From contig JAGBSX010000004.1 in NCBI GenBank assembly GCA_017631635.1, positions 1,692 to 65,691 on the forward strand: a stretch of DNA of 64,000 bases, in the 5' to 3' direction. Numbering within the stretch: the first letter of the stretch is position 1; each line of letters starts with the position of its first letter. Under the pieces are notes generated by a model, which did no database searches, had not been told where the DNA came from, and saw only the letters and a list, made by a program, of their open reading frames with translations. The position numbers and the translations under genes were made by a program. Of this stretch, positions 47,892-58,356 are shown piece after piece. Origin of the DNA: Clostridia bacterium. Lineage in GTDB: Bacteria > Bacillota > Clostridia > Christensenellales > RUG350.

Positions 47892-49452
47892 TAGATAGTA
47901 TCTCCTCTGCTATCATCACACCGTCTACAGACGCACTCATTATGCCACCTGCGTAGCCTGCGCCCTCTCCACAAGGGTACAATGCACGGATATTTGACTG
48001 ACCACTCTCGTCTCTAATTATCCTAATAGGCGCGCTAGACCTAGTCTCTACACCTGTGAGGATAGCGTCCTTGTCTGCGAATCCTTTGAGTTTGTGGTCA
48101 AATACTAGTATCGCTTGCTTGATAGAGTCGTATACGTACTCAGGCAATATCTCACTCAAGTCCTTCATCTTGACGCCTAGAGGATAAGTCGGCTTGACCT
48201 TGCCTATCTCGTTGGGTAGCGAATACAACATATTGCCTACCGTTTGGCAAGGGGCTAAATACGAGCCTGTACACTCGTAGGCTAGTCTCTCGTACTTTTG
48301 TTGGAATTCTACTCCTGCTAATACGTCCTCCCCCTCGAAGTCTAGTGGAGTCACACTCACTAGTATAGCGCTATTTGAATTGATATTGTCACGTTTAGAA
48401 TTGCTCATACCGTTGACTACCACACTACCCTCTTCGCTAGTAGCCGGCACGACCTCTCCACCTGGACACATACAAAAGGTATATACTCCTCTGCCGTTGT
48501 CTAGGTGAGTAGCGAGTTTGTAATCAGCAGTCACGTCCTCTCTACCATATTGGGAGAGGTTGATATCCTCTCTCCTATGCTCTATACGTACTCCTATGGA
48601 GAAAGATTTCTTCTCAATATATACACCTATATCTCTCAATCTGCGATAGGTGTCTCTAGCACTATGACCTATTGCCAATACGATAGCATCTGCGTAGAGA
48701 GTGTGAGTACACTCTCCCTCTCGATACACTACTCCTCTAGCCCTGCCATTATCTACTATTATATCCTCCACAGTCGCCGAAAATATCACTCTAGCACCCA
48801 AGTCTATCAACTGGCGACGAATATTCTTGACTACTTGGCGTAGTATATCCGTACCTATATGAGGCTTGCTCTCGTACCTAATATTATCTGGCGCACCTGC
48901 ATCTATGAGGGCTTGTACGACGTAGGATATGCGTGGGTTTTTGATACCTGTGGTGAGTTTGCCATCACTAAAAGTACCTGCGCCACCCTCTCCGAACTGA
49001 ATATTAGAATTGGTATTCAATTTGCCTGTAGCGACAAAATTCTCTATGCTACGCACTCTATCGTCTACACTCTCTCCTCTCTCTAATATAGTCACCTTGA
49101 CACCACTCCTAGACAGGGCAAGCGCAGACATTAGTCCTGCAGGACCACTACCTATCACTATGATGTGAGAGTCTACTCTAGGTGTCTTTGGGAGGACTAC
49201 CTCGTAGACCTTGGGCAGAGATACTACCTCTATCCCTAGTCTCTTGGCTACCTTATCCTCCTCCACTATACTAGCAAGTAGGCTAATGACGTATCTAATA
49301 CCTATACTATTTTTCTTACGAGCGTCTATCGACCTAGACAAAATAGTATAAGATAAGACGGAGGTGATATCCACCTTCGCCTTCTTGGCGATAGCACTCT
49401 TGAGTTGGCTATCCGTGTATGGTATAGGTAATGTCAATTCAAATCTTAGCAT
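47878..49452 (-). CDS. uncharacterised FAD-dependent oxidoreductase (COG2509-type)
   Basis: GSGPAGL, QFGEGGAGTFSDGKL, FCMCPGG, GVETRSS and GEGAGYAGGI motifs. Confidence 0.85.
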   Translation of the reverse strand: MLRFELTLPIPYTDSQLKSAIAKKAKVDITSVLSYTILSRSIDARKKNSIGIRYVISLLASIVEEDKVAKRLGIEVVSLPKVYEVVLPKTPRVDSHIIVIGSGPAGLMSALALSRSGVKVTILERGESVDDRVRSIENFVATGKLNTNSNIQFGEGGAGTFSDGKLTTGIKNPRISYVVQALIDAGAPDNIRYESKPHIGTDILRQVVKNIRRQLIDLGARVIFSATVEDIIVDNGRARGVVYREGECTHTLYADAIVLAIGHSARDTYRRLRDIGVYIEKKSFSIGVRIEHRREDINLSQYGREDVTADYKLATHLDNGRGVYTFCMCPGGEVVPATSEEGSVVVNGMSNSKRDNINSNSAILVSVTPLDFEGEDVLAGVEFQQKYERLAYECTGSYLAPCQTVGNMLYSLPNEIGKVKPTYPLGVKMKDLSEILPEYVYDSIKQAILVFDHKLKGFADKDAILTGVETRSSAPIRIIRDESGQSNIRALYPCGEGAGYAGGIMSASVDGVMIAEEILSSEYI

Positions 49453-50578
49453 TTATACTATCTGCCACTATGCTAGCCGATATCCAAGCCCAAGCCAAAT
49501 TGTATCCACCGCATAGTCCGTCTATATCTAGAGCCTCTCCTATTATATACATATTGGGCATAGATGAGATGGACAAATCAGCCTCTACCTCATCTATACT
49601 ATATCCACCCGATACTACTTGTCCCTCTTCGATAGGTCTAGTACCACTCACCGTGAAGTCAAATGACTTGAGAGATATAGCCACCTCTCTAGCCCTATTG
49701 ACAAAACTCTCGTAGTCGTCTACTCCTACTCCTGCTCTACCTAGTATCACCTCGGACAAATTCCTCACCGTGATACCGTCTAGTGCATAGAGGGCTGTAT
49801 CTGCCCGTCTTGAGGATAGCATATCCGTCAAGGTATCTAGTGATATATCAGGCAATATATCTAGGCTAATGCGATACTTAGCCTCAGTATCTCGTGCTAT
49901 ATGAGCACTCATATTCATCACACATATACCGCTGAGACCATACTTGCGAAATAGTACTTCGCCCCTCTCTCGATATATCTGCTCTCCATCTCTATATAGA
50001 GTGGCTAGACATTTGACTCTCACTCCGTCTAGAGACTTGTATCTCTCTATGCACTCTAGTGGTACTAGTGATGCTCTAGGAGATATCTTCTTGATACCAA
50101 AACCGTCCAATATATCGCTACCACCACCAGTAGCCACCACTACTATATCGTGGTGATATCTACCACTATCCGTGACCACCGTGTAGCCGACTTCGTCTCT
50201 CTCTATCCTGTGCACTTGATTGCTGTCAAATATACAATCGGCATTAGATATCAACACGTCTTGGACGGTGCGTGCCGAATTGGTGATAGGGTATACTCTA
50301 CCTTCATCATCTACTCGTAGCAATATCCCCAACTTCTCAAACAACTCTCTCTGGTAATCGTATCCATACTTGTCTAGATATCTAGAGACAAAATCAGGGT
50401 GATTGTAGCAGTCGGCAGTCAAATTGGCATTGGTAAGATTGCACCTACCGTTGCCTGTGACTAGGATTTTTTTGCCTAGTTTTGCATTTTTGTCATATAC
50501 GGTCGCACCATTGAGTAGTACTGCAGTCATTAGACCTGCAGCACCACCACCTATGATAGCGACGCTACCTCTAGCCAT
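49439..50578 (-). CDS. HI0933/YhiN/BaiN-family flavoprotein
   Basis: GGGAAGL, GKKILVTGNGRCNLTN, and GEALDIDGLCGGYNL motifs. Confidence 0.88.
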   Translation of the reverse strand: MARGSVAIIGGGAAGLMTAVLLNGATVYDKNAKLGKKILVTGNGRCNLTNANLTADCYNHPDFVSRYLDKYGYDYQRELFEKLGILLRVDDEGRVYPITNSARTVQDVLISNADCIFDSNQVHRIERDEVGYTVVTDSGRYHHDIVVVATGGGSDILDGFGIKKISPRASLVPLECIERYKSLDGVRVKCLATLYRDGEQIYRERGEVLFRKYGLSGICVMNMSAHIARDTEAKYRISLDILPDISLDTLTDMLSSRRADTALYALDGITVRNLSEVILGRAGVGVDDYESFVNRAREVAISLKSFDFTVSGTRPIEEGQVVSGGYSIDEVEADLSISSMPNMYIIGEALDIDGLCGGYNLAWAWISASIVADSINAKI

Positions 50579-52007
50579 TGATGAGCCCCATAGCGAAATC
50601 TAGTCGCCTCATAGTCTCGTCTTTGCCTAGTATATCTGCCATCTCGATAGCGCCACCTGGAGTAGATGCTTTGCCTGTGATAGCCACTCTCACGGTCCAT
50701 AGTACTTGACCGTTTTTGACTCCCATATCGGTAGCCAAGCCTATGAGAGTATCGTGGATATTCTCTGCCGTCCACTCTATATCACCTAGCACCTGTTTTA
50801 CTCTAGGCAATACTACTCTAGCCACCTCTACGTCAGTCTTCATCTTCTTGTGGTAGTATAGTTCGCTATCAAATGCCTCGTACTCCTCCAAAAAATTCAC
50901 CATATCAGGTATCTCTGATAGTATCTCTACTCTAGGTATGAGTAGTGGAGCGAATTTGATATAATCGTACTTGCCTGCTATCTTGCTCTTCTCATAATAA
51001 GGTGTCGCTAGAGCGTTGAACTCATCTACACTCAAGGACTTGATATATTCGCCGTTGAGCCAACGCATCTTTGCCTCGTCAAATATAGCGCTAGACTTGT
51101 TGACACCTGCTACGGTGAATAGGTCTATGAGTTCTGCCATAGATAATCTCTCTCTATCATTTTTTGGAGACCAACCTAGCAATGCTATATAGTTGACTAT
51201 AGCCTCTGGTAGATAACCCTTGGCTATGAAGTCCTCGAAGTTGGCGTCTCCATAACGCTTGGACAATTTCCTAGTAGCGTCTTTCATAATAGGTGGCAAA
51301 TGCACGTATTGAGGTCTCTCCCAACCAAATGCGTCGTAGATAAGATTGTACTTGGGGGTAGAGGATAGGTACTCTGTACCTCTCATTACGTGAGTGATAC
51401 CCATGAGGTGGTCGTCTATGACGTTGGCAAAGTTGTAGGTAGGCATACCGTCGCTCTTGAGCAATATGTTGTCCTCTAGGTCGCTACAGTCTACTGCTAT
51501 ATGTCCGTACACCAAGTCGTCGTATTCGCTGATACCGGAGGTAGGGATATTTTGCCTAATGACGTATGGCTCGCCTGCCTCTATGCGACGTCTAGCCTCC
51601 TGTATGGAGACGTGGTGTAGACAATGCTTGTCATATTTGCGATTACCGTTTTCGTCGGTGAGAGACTCTAGTCTCTCTTTGGTACAAAAGCAATAGTACG
51701 CTCCACCTAGTTCGACTAGTTTTTCGGCATACTCTTTGTACAGAGGTTTTCTCTCACTCTGTATATATGGACCTACTCCACCGTCTTTGTCTGGACCTTC
51801 GTCGTGTTCTAGACCTGCTGTCGCTAGAGTGCTATATACCACTTCTACTGCACCCTCCGTGTATCTCTCTTGGTCTGTGTCCTCTATACGCAATATAAAA
51901 TCGCCTCCGTTGTGGCGCGCAAATAAATACGCATACAACGCAGTACGCAAATTGCCTATGTGCATAAATCCCGTGGGGCTTGGGGCAAATCTAGTACGAA
52001 CTTTCAT
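50571..52007 (-). CDS. gltX: glutamate--tRNA ligase
   Basis: RFAPSPTGFMHIG (HIGN) and KLSKR. Start moved to MKVRT. Confidence 0.96.
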   Translation of the reverse strand: MKVRTRFAPSPTGFMHIGNLRTALYAYLFARHNGGDFILRIEDTDQERYTEGAVEVVYSTLATAGLEHDEGPDKDGGVGPYIQSERKPLYKEYAEKLVELGGAYYCFCTKERLESLTDENGNRKYDKHCLHHVSIQEARRRIEAGEPYVIRQNIPTSGISEYDDLVYGHIAVDCSDLEDNILLKSDGMPTYNFANVIDDHLMGITHVMRGTEYLSSTPKYNLIYDAFGWERPQYVHLPPIMKDATRKLSKRYGDANFEDFIAKGYLPEAIVNYIALLGWSPKNDRERLSMAELIDLFTVAGVNKSSAIFDEAKMRWLNGEYIKSLSVDEFNALATPYYEKSKIAGKYDYIKFAPLLIPRVEILSEIPDMVNFLEEYEAFDSELYYHKKMKTDVEVARVVLPRVKQVLGDIEWTAENIHDTLIGLATDMGVKNGQVLWTVRVAITGKASTPGGAIEMADILGKDETMRRLDFAMGLING

Positions 52008-52126
52008 ATTATTCTCCTTGTGTGTACAATTTGTTGCAACTTTTTGATTTTTAGAATATAATAACATAGATAGCAATATCTTTCATTATATACAGTATAA
52101 CACATATTTTTGTTAAGGTCATTGAA

Positions 52127-53425
52127 ATGAACAAAGAAATATTCAAAAATTTTTATAATTCTTTATCTAGATTGATATCTTGCCCATCCGTAGAGGGCAA
52201 ACCTCAAAAAAACGCACCTTTTGGCAAGGGTGTGAGAGATGCCCTAGACGTCACGCTAGATATAGCCAAGTCTCTAGGATACTCCACCATAGACCACGAT
52301 GGATACTGTGGTGTGGCAGAGGTAGGCGAAGGAGAACCTTTCGCTATACTAGGTCACGTGGACGTAGTGCCTATATCTGGAGAGTGGTATACCCCACCCT
52401 TCACACTCACTACACTAGACGACGTGATGTACGGCAGAGGTGTGTCTGATGACAAAGGTCCACTACTTGCGTGTATGTACGCTACTCGTCAACTACTAGA
52501 CGAAGGCTATATCCCTAGTAGGAGAATACGATTTATCATAGGTTGCAACGAAGAGAGTGGCTGGAAGTGCATAGACCATTTTAACGAGGTGGACTCTATG
52601 CCACTAGAGGGATTTACTCCAGACGGGTCTTTCCCTGTGGTGTACTGCGAAAAGGGTATATGCCAACTCACCCTACATTTTCCTGCTCCCGTGGGTATAT
52701 CTCACGTAGATGGTGGCAAGAGGGCAAATATGGTAGCAGATGAGTGCGTATGTACTCTATCTAGACCTAGTGCGTACGGTAGCATAGAGGGTGTTGAGAT
52801 ATCTAGCAATAGACTCACTCTATCGGCTCGTGGCAAATCTTCGCACGGCGCACACCCCGAACTAGGTGACAACGCCATAGTCAAGATGCTAGGCGCATTG
52901 TCCAAACTATACCCAGACTACTACCTGCCTATCTACAATGCCCTCAAGGATATATATGCCTCTGGTATAGGTCTAGCAGGCGAAGATGATAGTGGCAAAT
53001 GTACCTTGTGCGTAGGACAGATATCTCTATCAAATACCCTAGATATCACCATAGATATCCGATACCCAGCCATTACCTACACTATAGGCAAATGTATCGA
53101 CACTCTGCGTGACACCTTTGGCGTAGACGTGGTGGGAGAATATAGAGACCAACCACCTCTATACGTCCCCAAGGACACTCCACTAGTCAAGAGCCTACTA
53201 CAAGCCTACAACAAAGTGACTGGCTTAAATGCCAAACCTATCGCTATAGGTGGTGGTACTTATGCTAGAGCGCTAGAGAGAGGAGTGGCTTTTGGTGGAG
53301 AATTTAGCGACTACGATACTCATATGCACGAGCCAAATGAACGTATGCCTATATCCGTACTAGAGAAGATGTACGATATATACTACGAGGGTATCAAGAA
53401 CACTTGCTTTTATCCACTAGACTAA
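52127..53425 (+). CDS. M20 dipeptidase (PepV/Sapep-like)
   Basis: GHVDVVP, GRGVSDDKGP, GCNEESG, GGGTYAR and MHEPNE motifs. Confidence 0.88.
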   Translation: MNKEIFKNFYNSLSRLISCPSVEGKPQKNAPFGKGVRDALDVTLDIAKSLGYSTIDHDGYCGVAEVGEGEPFAILGHVDVVPISGEWYTPPFTLTTLDDVMYGRGVSDDKGPLLACMYATRQLLDEGYIPSRRIRFIIGCNEESGWKCIDHFNEVDSMPLEGFTPDGSFPVVYCEKGICQLTLHFPAPVGISHVDGGKRANMVADECVCTLSRPSAYGSIEGVEISSNRLTLSARGKSSHGAHPELGDNAIVKMLGALSKLYPDYYLPIYNALKDIYASGIGLAGEDDSGKCTLCVGQISLSNTLDITIDIRYPAITYTIGKCIDTLRDTFGVDVVGEYRDQPPLYVPKDTPLVKSLLQAYNKVTGLNAKPIAIGGGTYARALERGVAFGGEFSDYDTHMHEPNERMPISVLEKMYDIYYEGIKNTCFYPLD

Positions 53426-53431
53426 ATATAT

Positions 53432-53462
53432 CCCCTATCCGTATGAGATAGGGGCTTTTTAT
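53432..53462 (+). terminator. terminator after the dipeptidase gene
   Basis: Stem CCCCTATC/GATAGGGG plus T run. Confidence 0.75.
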
Positions 53463-53557
53463 TTGCAAAATACTACCAAGGTACTTCTCTCTAAAAACTC
53501 CTAGCATTATTTTTATACATTTTCATATATAGCGCATATTATATATGGAGGTGTATT

Positions 53558-54577
53558 ATGAAAATATTACTCACAGGTGGTGGTACTGCAGGTCACGTAA
53601 TGCCATTTGTCGCACTAGCGCCGTATCTGACCAAACGTTTTGAAGAGATAGTGTACGTAGGTAGCGAGTGTGGTATGGAGAGAGGTATAGTCTCATCTCT
53701 ATCTATCCCCTACTACTCCACTCCTACAGTCAAATATGATAGAGGGAGACCTCTATCTCTACTGACTATCCCCTTCTCACTACACCAAGCCAAAAGCAAG
53801 GCTATATCTCTACTCAAAACTTTGCGTCCCGACGTAGTATTCTCAAAAGGTGGCTACGTAGCGCTACCTACCACTTTGGCAGCGCATACGCTAGGTATAC
53901 CTATAGCCATACACGAGAGTGACTACTCTATGGGCCTAGCCAACAAGTTGTCCTCTCGCTACGCAGACCTGATATTGACCAATTTCCATGACACGCACCC
54001 TAGAGGAGAAGTGGTGGGTATACCACTACGAGATAGTATATTTTCTCACAATTTGCCCACTAACCAATACCGTATAGACAAAAACTTACCTACTATACTA
54101 GTGACTGGTGGCTCTAGTGGAGCGAAGTCACTCAACGACTGTATCCTACAGTCTCTAGATAGACTGCTACCTAGATACAATCTAATTCATCTCACAGGTG
54201 GCAAATGCCCTCACGTGATCAGAGATAGGTACATCCCTATATCCTACACAGAGGATATAGGTAGTCTATTTAGGTTAAGCGACCTAGTCGTATCTAGAGC
54301 AGGGGCTAATACTGCCACCGAACTACTCGCACTAGGCAAAAAAGTGCTATTCGTCCCTCTATCTAGTGGCAGAGGAGACCAGATAGAAAATGCGAAATAT
54401 TACCAAGATGCAGGATATTCGTTGACTCTAAAAGATGAGGATTTGAGTGTGGATAGTATCGTGGAGAAGATAGAGGCATTGTCTCACTTTAGCCCAAAGC
54501 CATACCCATATGACCGTGACACACCACGCCGTATAGTAGAGATACTATACAATCTAACAATCTCTCAAAATAAATAA
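53558..54577 (+). CDS. murG: MurG-family glycosyltransferase
   Basis: TGGGTAGHV, KGGYVALP, HESD, GGSSGA and SRAGANT motifs. Confidence 0.85.
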   Translation: MKILLTGGGTAGHVMPFVALAPYLTKRFEEIVYVGSECGMERGIVSSLSIPYYSTPTVKYDRGRPLSLLTIPFSLHQAKSKAISLLKTLRPDVVFSKGGYVALPTTLAAHTLGIPIAIHESDYSMGLANKLSSRYADLILTNFHDTHPRGEVVGIPLRDSIFSHNLPTNQYRIDKNLPTILVTGGSSGAKSLNDCILQSLDRLLPRYNLIHLTGGKCPHVIRDRYIPISYTEDIGSLFRLSDLVVSRAGANTATELLALGKKVLFVPLSSGRGDQIENAKYYQDAGYSLTLKDEDLSVDSIVEKIEALSHFSPKPYPYDRDTPRRIVEILYNLTISQNK

Positions 54578-54648
54578 TTGGACAAATGTCCATCTCTACT
54601 TGATAAACACCACAAACACGCCTATATAGGTGTGTTTTTTGATAAAAT

Positions 54649-54678
54649 TTGACAATATATTCTCTATCGTGCTAAAAT
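54649..54678 (+). promoter_or_regulatory. sigma-A promoter of the GtrA-family gene
   Basis: TTGACA-18-TAAAAT with TG extension. Confidence 0.65.
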
Positions 54679-54700
54679 AAGTCATACATAGGAGGTCATT

Positions 54701-55183
54701 ATGAGCAATCAACCTACCAAAAATAGTAGCGACAAAAAAGAATTGTTTAGAGTTATCAAATATACTCTAGTAGCGGCTAGTGCAGGTATCATACAATTTG
54801 GTACGTTTGCATTATTTACAGAAGTATTTGGACTGACAGACTGGTGGCTATCTTATCTACCATCACTCATACTCTCCGTACTGTGGAACTTCACTATCAA
54901 TAGAAAATACACCTTCAAGTCTGCCTCAAACGTACCTATCGCCATGGTGAAAGTGGCTGTATTTTATCTAATATTCACACCACTATCCACCATATTTGGA
55001 GACTGGCTCCAAGGTGCAGGCTGGGACGGATACGTGATAGAGATAGTAGTGATGATACTCAACTTCGTACTCGAATTTCTATACCAGAGATTCTTCGTAT
55101 TCAAAGACTCTATCGATTCAGCCGTACCATCTGTCAAGGTTGAGGCAGATAGCGAAGATGCTATCATAGTGGACAAGGACTAA
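54701..55183 (+). CDS. GtrA-family membrane protein
   Basis: Four TM helices, with NFTINRKYTFKS and FLYQRFFVF motifs. Confidence 0.85.
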   Translation: MSNQPTKNSSDKKELFRVIKYTLVAASAGIIQFGTFALFTEVFGLTDWWLSYLPSLILSVLWNFTINRKYTFKSASNVPIAMVKVAVFYLIFTPLSTIFGDWLQGAGWDGYVIEIVVMILNFVLEFLYQRFFVFKDSIDSAVPSVKVEADSEDAIIVDKD

Positions 55184-55200
55184 CAAATATAAACCCAACA

Positions 55201-55231
55201 AAAAAATCTGCTAACTACTAGCAGATTTTTT
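55201..55231. terminator. bidirectional terminator
   Basis: AAAAAATCTGCTA/TAGCAGATTTTTT between convergent genes. Confidence 0.85.
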
Positions 55232-55246
55232 ATTTGTCTTATTTGA

Positions 55247-55621
55247 TTAGTTGCCTAGATACTCTCTCATCACTTTGAGCAAATCTTCGCTAACTACGTG
55301 CTCTATCCTGCACGCATTGTCTTCGGCTATCTCAGGGGTAGCGCCTATCTTCATGAGTACCTCGGTGATGACGTGGTGTCTATCGTATATCTCATTGGCC
55401 TTATCCCTACCTGCGTCGGTGAAATTAATCTCTCCACCTTTGCCTATGGTGATATATCCTGCTTGTTGGAGTAGATTGACTGCCCTAGACACGGACGCTC
55501 TAGAATAATTTAACTCTATGGCTATATCTATCGAACGAACGATAGGCATCTTAGTCTTGAGTACGAGTATCGTCTCTAGATACATCTCTTGGGACTCGTG
55601 ATATTTCATATAATTCTCCAC
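55247..55621 (-). CDS. DtxR/MntR-family metal-dependent regulator
   Basis: ESQEMYLETI, SRASVSRAV, RHHVITE and ACRIEH motifs. Confidence 0.9.
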   Translation of the reverse strand: MENYMKYHESQEMYLETILVLKTKMPIVRSIDIAIELNYSRASVSRAVNLLQQAGYITIGKGGEINFTDAGRDKANEIYDRHHVITEVLMKIGATPEIAEDNACRIEHVVSEDLLKVMREYLGN

Positions 55622-55690
55622 CTATTTGATACGGATATTATACTACACCTATCACTAGTTGTCAATCAAAAAAAATCTCCCCAAAATATA

Positions 55691-55720
55691 TACTCACTAC
55701 CTACGCATAGGCAGTGAGTA
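55691..55720 (-). terminator. feo operon terminator
   Basis: Stem TACTCACT/AGTGAGTA after the Cys-rich ORF. Confidence 0.6.
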
Positions 55721-55725
55721 TCTTA

Positions 55726-55896
55726 TTATTTATCTTCTTCGTGGTGGCAAGTACAATGTTGACAATTAGCGCTCTTGCAGTTAGTAGAGTCTGGGCAACC
55801 TATACATTTGACTCCCTTTTTCTTGGCTCTCACTATATAGTATATCGCACCACCTACTATACCTACTATGAGTAATATGGCTATTATCTCTCCCAT
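55726..55896 (-). CDS. FeoB-associated Cys-rich membrane protein
   Basis: Not in the ORF track. Manual translation MGEIIAILLIVGIVGGAIYYIVRAKKKGVKCIGCPDSTNCKSANCQHCTCHHEEDK. Confidence 0.85.
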   Translation of the reverse strand: MGEIIAILLIVGIVGGAIYYIVRAKKKGVKCIGCPDSTNCKSANCQHCTCHHEEDK

Positions 55897-55900
55897 ATGC

Positions 55901-57892
55901 TCAACCTACCTTCTTCACACGATTTTTCAATATGAGTATAGTGTAGACAGCCACGATACCTAGTAGTATTATCCAACCTAGTATAGGCATCCATATCTCA
56001 CCAAATACCCCTCCTGTGATCAGAGTACCTACGAAATATATCAAAAATGCTACTGCATATCCTATGGAGAACTGCATACCTATACCTGCCCAAAACCATC
56101 TCTTGTCCTTAATTTCGGCACTCATAGCCCCTATCGCGGCAAAACATGGTGGACTAAATAGGTTAAACGCCAAAAATGCTAATCCTGCCACCTTGGTAAT
56201 AGCGAATATCGCTGCCACCTCACTAGCACCACTCTCTAGTATCATATCGTCCACGTTGATAAAGTTGGTCACACCGTAGCACACGGCTAGAGTGCCTACT
56301 AGATTCTCTTTGGCGATAAATCCAGTCACCGTAGCAGCCGCCATTTGCCAAGCCACCACACCTATAAAAGGTGCTATTATATATGCTATAGGAGATGCTA
56401 TAGTGGCGAGTATAGAGGTACTCTCTGCACCCTCTCCCACTACTTGAAAACTCCAGTCAAAGGTCTGCATCAAGTGTACTACGAAATTGCATACTAGTAT
56501 GACAGTACCTGCCTTGACTATATACGCCCAACCTCTAGAGAGCATAGACTTGCACGCACCCAGTAGGCTTGGGGATTTGTACTCGGGTAATTCTATGATA
56601 AAATACGACTTTTTGTTCTTGACACCCGTGATGAGTTTGACGAGTAATGCCCCTAGTATAATGATGGCGATACCTACGAAGTACATAATCGTACCTACCC
56701 AAGGGGAGTCTCCGAAAAACACTCCTGCGAATAGTGCTATAACAGGCAATTTCGCTCCACATGGCATAAATGGTGTGAGCATAGCAGTCGCCTTGCGCTC
56801 TTTGTCATCTCTGATAGTCCTACACGCCATCACTCCAGGCACGGCGCAACCCGTACCTATGATAAAGGGTATGATAGACTTGCCAGACAGTCCCACCTTC
56901 TTGAATATAGGGTCTAGTATGACGGAGGCTCTAGACATATAGCCACAATCTTCTAACAATGCTATTAGGAAATACATCACCATAACTAATGGCAAAAATC
57001 CTACCACGGCTATCAATCCACCTATTATACCGTCGACTAGTATCGAACTCCATATATCCAGTTGACCAGACGAGCCTGCCAGAGCATCTGCGACTAATGA
57101 TTGACCTGCCTCTAGCCACCCTGCTAGCAAGTCTGCTAGCCAAGGTCCTAACCACGCTTGGGATATACCAAATACCAAAAACATAACTAATGCAAATATA
57201 GGTATACCTACCCACCTATTTGTGAGTATGGCGTCTATCTTGTCTTGGAGATTGTTGTCTATACGAGGTCGCTTGGTCTCTACTCTGCGTACGATATCGT
57301 TGACAAAGTCAAATCTATCTTTGTCAGCCTCTATCATAGCATCTTTGTCCTCTCCGTCCATGCTCGCCTGCTCATAAGGAGACGTCTTTTTAGTACCTAG
57401 GAGAGATACTGCTGTAGATATCAACAGTTCTAGTCCCTTTGATACTGTAGAGATAGTCTCCACTACAGGACAATTGAGCAAACGAGACAACTGCGGTATA
57501 TCGATAATCGTTTGTTTTTTCTCGTTGACGTCCACCTTGTTGAGCGCAACTACTACAGGTACGCCTAGTTCGAGTAGTTGGGTAGTGAAAAATAAACTAC
57601 GACTTAGATTGGTAGAGTCTACTATATTGATGATGACGTCTGGATTGTTCTCTCGTACGTAGGTGGATGTAATACTCTCCTCCGAGGTATATGCAGACAT
57701 ACTATAAGCACCCGGTAGGTCTACTGCCACCACATCCAAACCATTGGTATATCTCTTCTTGACTAGGCTTTGCTTGCTATCCACCGTGACGCCTGCCCAG
57801 TTTCCCACTCTCTCGCTACTACCCGTGAGGGCGTTAAACATAGTAGTCTTGCCACTATTGGGATTGCCAGCGAGTGCTATGCGAATCGACAT
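55901..57892 (-). CDS. feoB: ferrous iron transporter FeoB
   Basis: GNPNSGKTT, GNWAGVTV, DLPGAY, NKVD and PFMPCGAKLP motifs. Start moved to MSIRI. Confidence 0.95.
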   Translation of the reverse strand: MSIRIALAGNPNSGKTTMFNALTGSSERVGNWAGVTVDSKQSLVKKRYTNGLDVVAVDLPGAYSMSAYTSEESITSTYVRENNPDVIINIVDSTNLSRSLFFTTQLLELGVPVVVALNKVDVNEKKQTIIDIPQLSRLLNCPVVETISTVSKGLELLISTAVSLLGTKKTSPYEQASMDGEDKDAMIEADKDRFDFVNDIVRRVETKRPRIDNNLQDKIDAILTNRWVGIPIFALVMFLVFGISQAWLGPWLADLLAGWLEAGQSLVADALAGSSGQLDIWSSILVDGIIGGLIAVVGFLPLVMVMYFLIALLEDCGYMSRASVILDPIFKKVGLSGKSIIPFIIGTGCAVPGVMACRTIRDDKERKATAMLTPFMPCGAKLPVIALFAGVFFGDSPWVGTIMYFVGIAIIILGALLVKLITGVKNKKSYFIIELPEYKSPSLLGACKSMLSRGWAYIVKAGTVILVCNFVVHLMQTFDWSFQVVGEGAESTSILATIASPIAYIIAPFIGVVAWQMAAATVTGFIAKENLVGTLAVCYGVTNFINVDDMILESGASEVAAIFAITKVAGLAFLAFNLFSPPCFAAIGAMSAEIKDKRWFWAGIGMQFSIGYAVAFLIYFVGTLITGGVFGEIWMPILGWIILLGIVAVYTILILKNRVKKVG

Positions 57893-57914
57893 ATCATACC
57901 TCCTAAAATACTCA

Positions 57915-57930
57915 GTTAGCACAGGCTAAC
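57915..57930. promoter_or_regulatory. palindromic operator upstream of feoB
   Basis: GTTAGC-ACAG-GCTAAC. Confidence 0.65.
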
Positions 57931-57958
57931 ACAACTACAAAAAAATAATATCTCTCTC

Positions 57959-58174
57959 TTATCTCACAGATATCGCTCTAGCCAAATCTAGGTCGATACT
58001 GTATCTAGAGTCCTTGATAGCGACTATACAACCATTTTTGTTGCGTGATACTACCTCGATAGGCTCACCCTCATAGCACCCTAGCGAAAACAAAAAAGTA
58101 TCTATCCCCTCGTCCTCGGTACGTATAGAGTCTACGGTGTATTTGGTCAAAATATCTGCATCAAATAGTGTCAT
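57959..58174 (-). CDS. feoA: FeoA
   Basis: FLFSLGCYEGEPIEV...DSRYSID. Start moved to MTLFD. Confidence 0.88.
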   Translation of the reverse strand: MTLFDADILTKYTVDSIRTEDEGIDTFLFSLGCYEGEPIEVVSRNKNGCIVAIKDSRYSIDLDLARAISVR

Positions 58175-58193
58175 AATATCTCCTATCCACTTT

Positions 58194-58248
58194 GTTAGCA
58201 ATGGCTAACTTTTTCAAGAATTATATATTATTTATATTTTTTTGTCAA
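58194..58248 (-). promoter_or_regulatory. feo promoter with palindromic operator
   Basis: Perfect TTGACA (58248-58243)-17-TATAAT (58225-58220). GTTAGC-AATG-GCTAAC at 58194-58209. Confidence 0.8.
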
Positions 58249-58291
58249 TCAAATTAGCACTGTTTTTGCGATTTTTTTCTACAATTTTATC

Positions 58292-58329
58292 AAAAAAACT
58301 CCTCCCTATCCCTACGGACTAGGAGGAGT
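58292..58329 (-). terminator. his operon terminator
   Basis: Stem ACTCCTCC/GGAGGAGT plus T run on the minus strand. Confidence 0.65.
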
Positions 58330-58356
58330 GATAATCTATACTTATTTAGTCATTAC

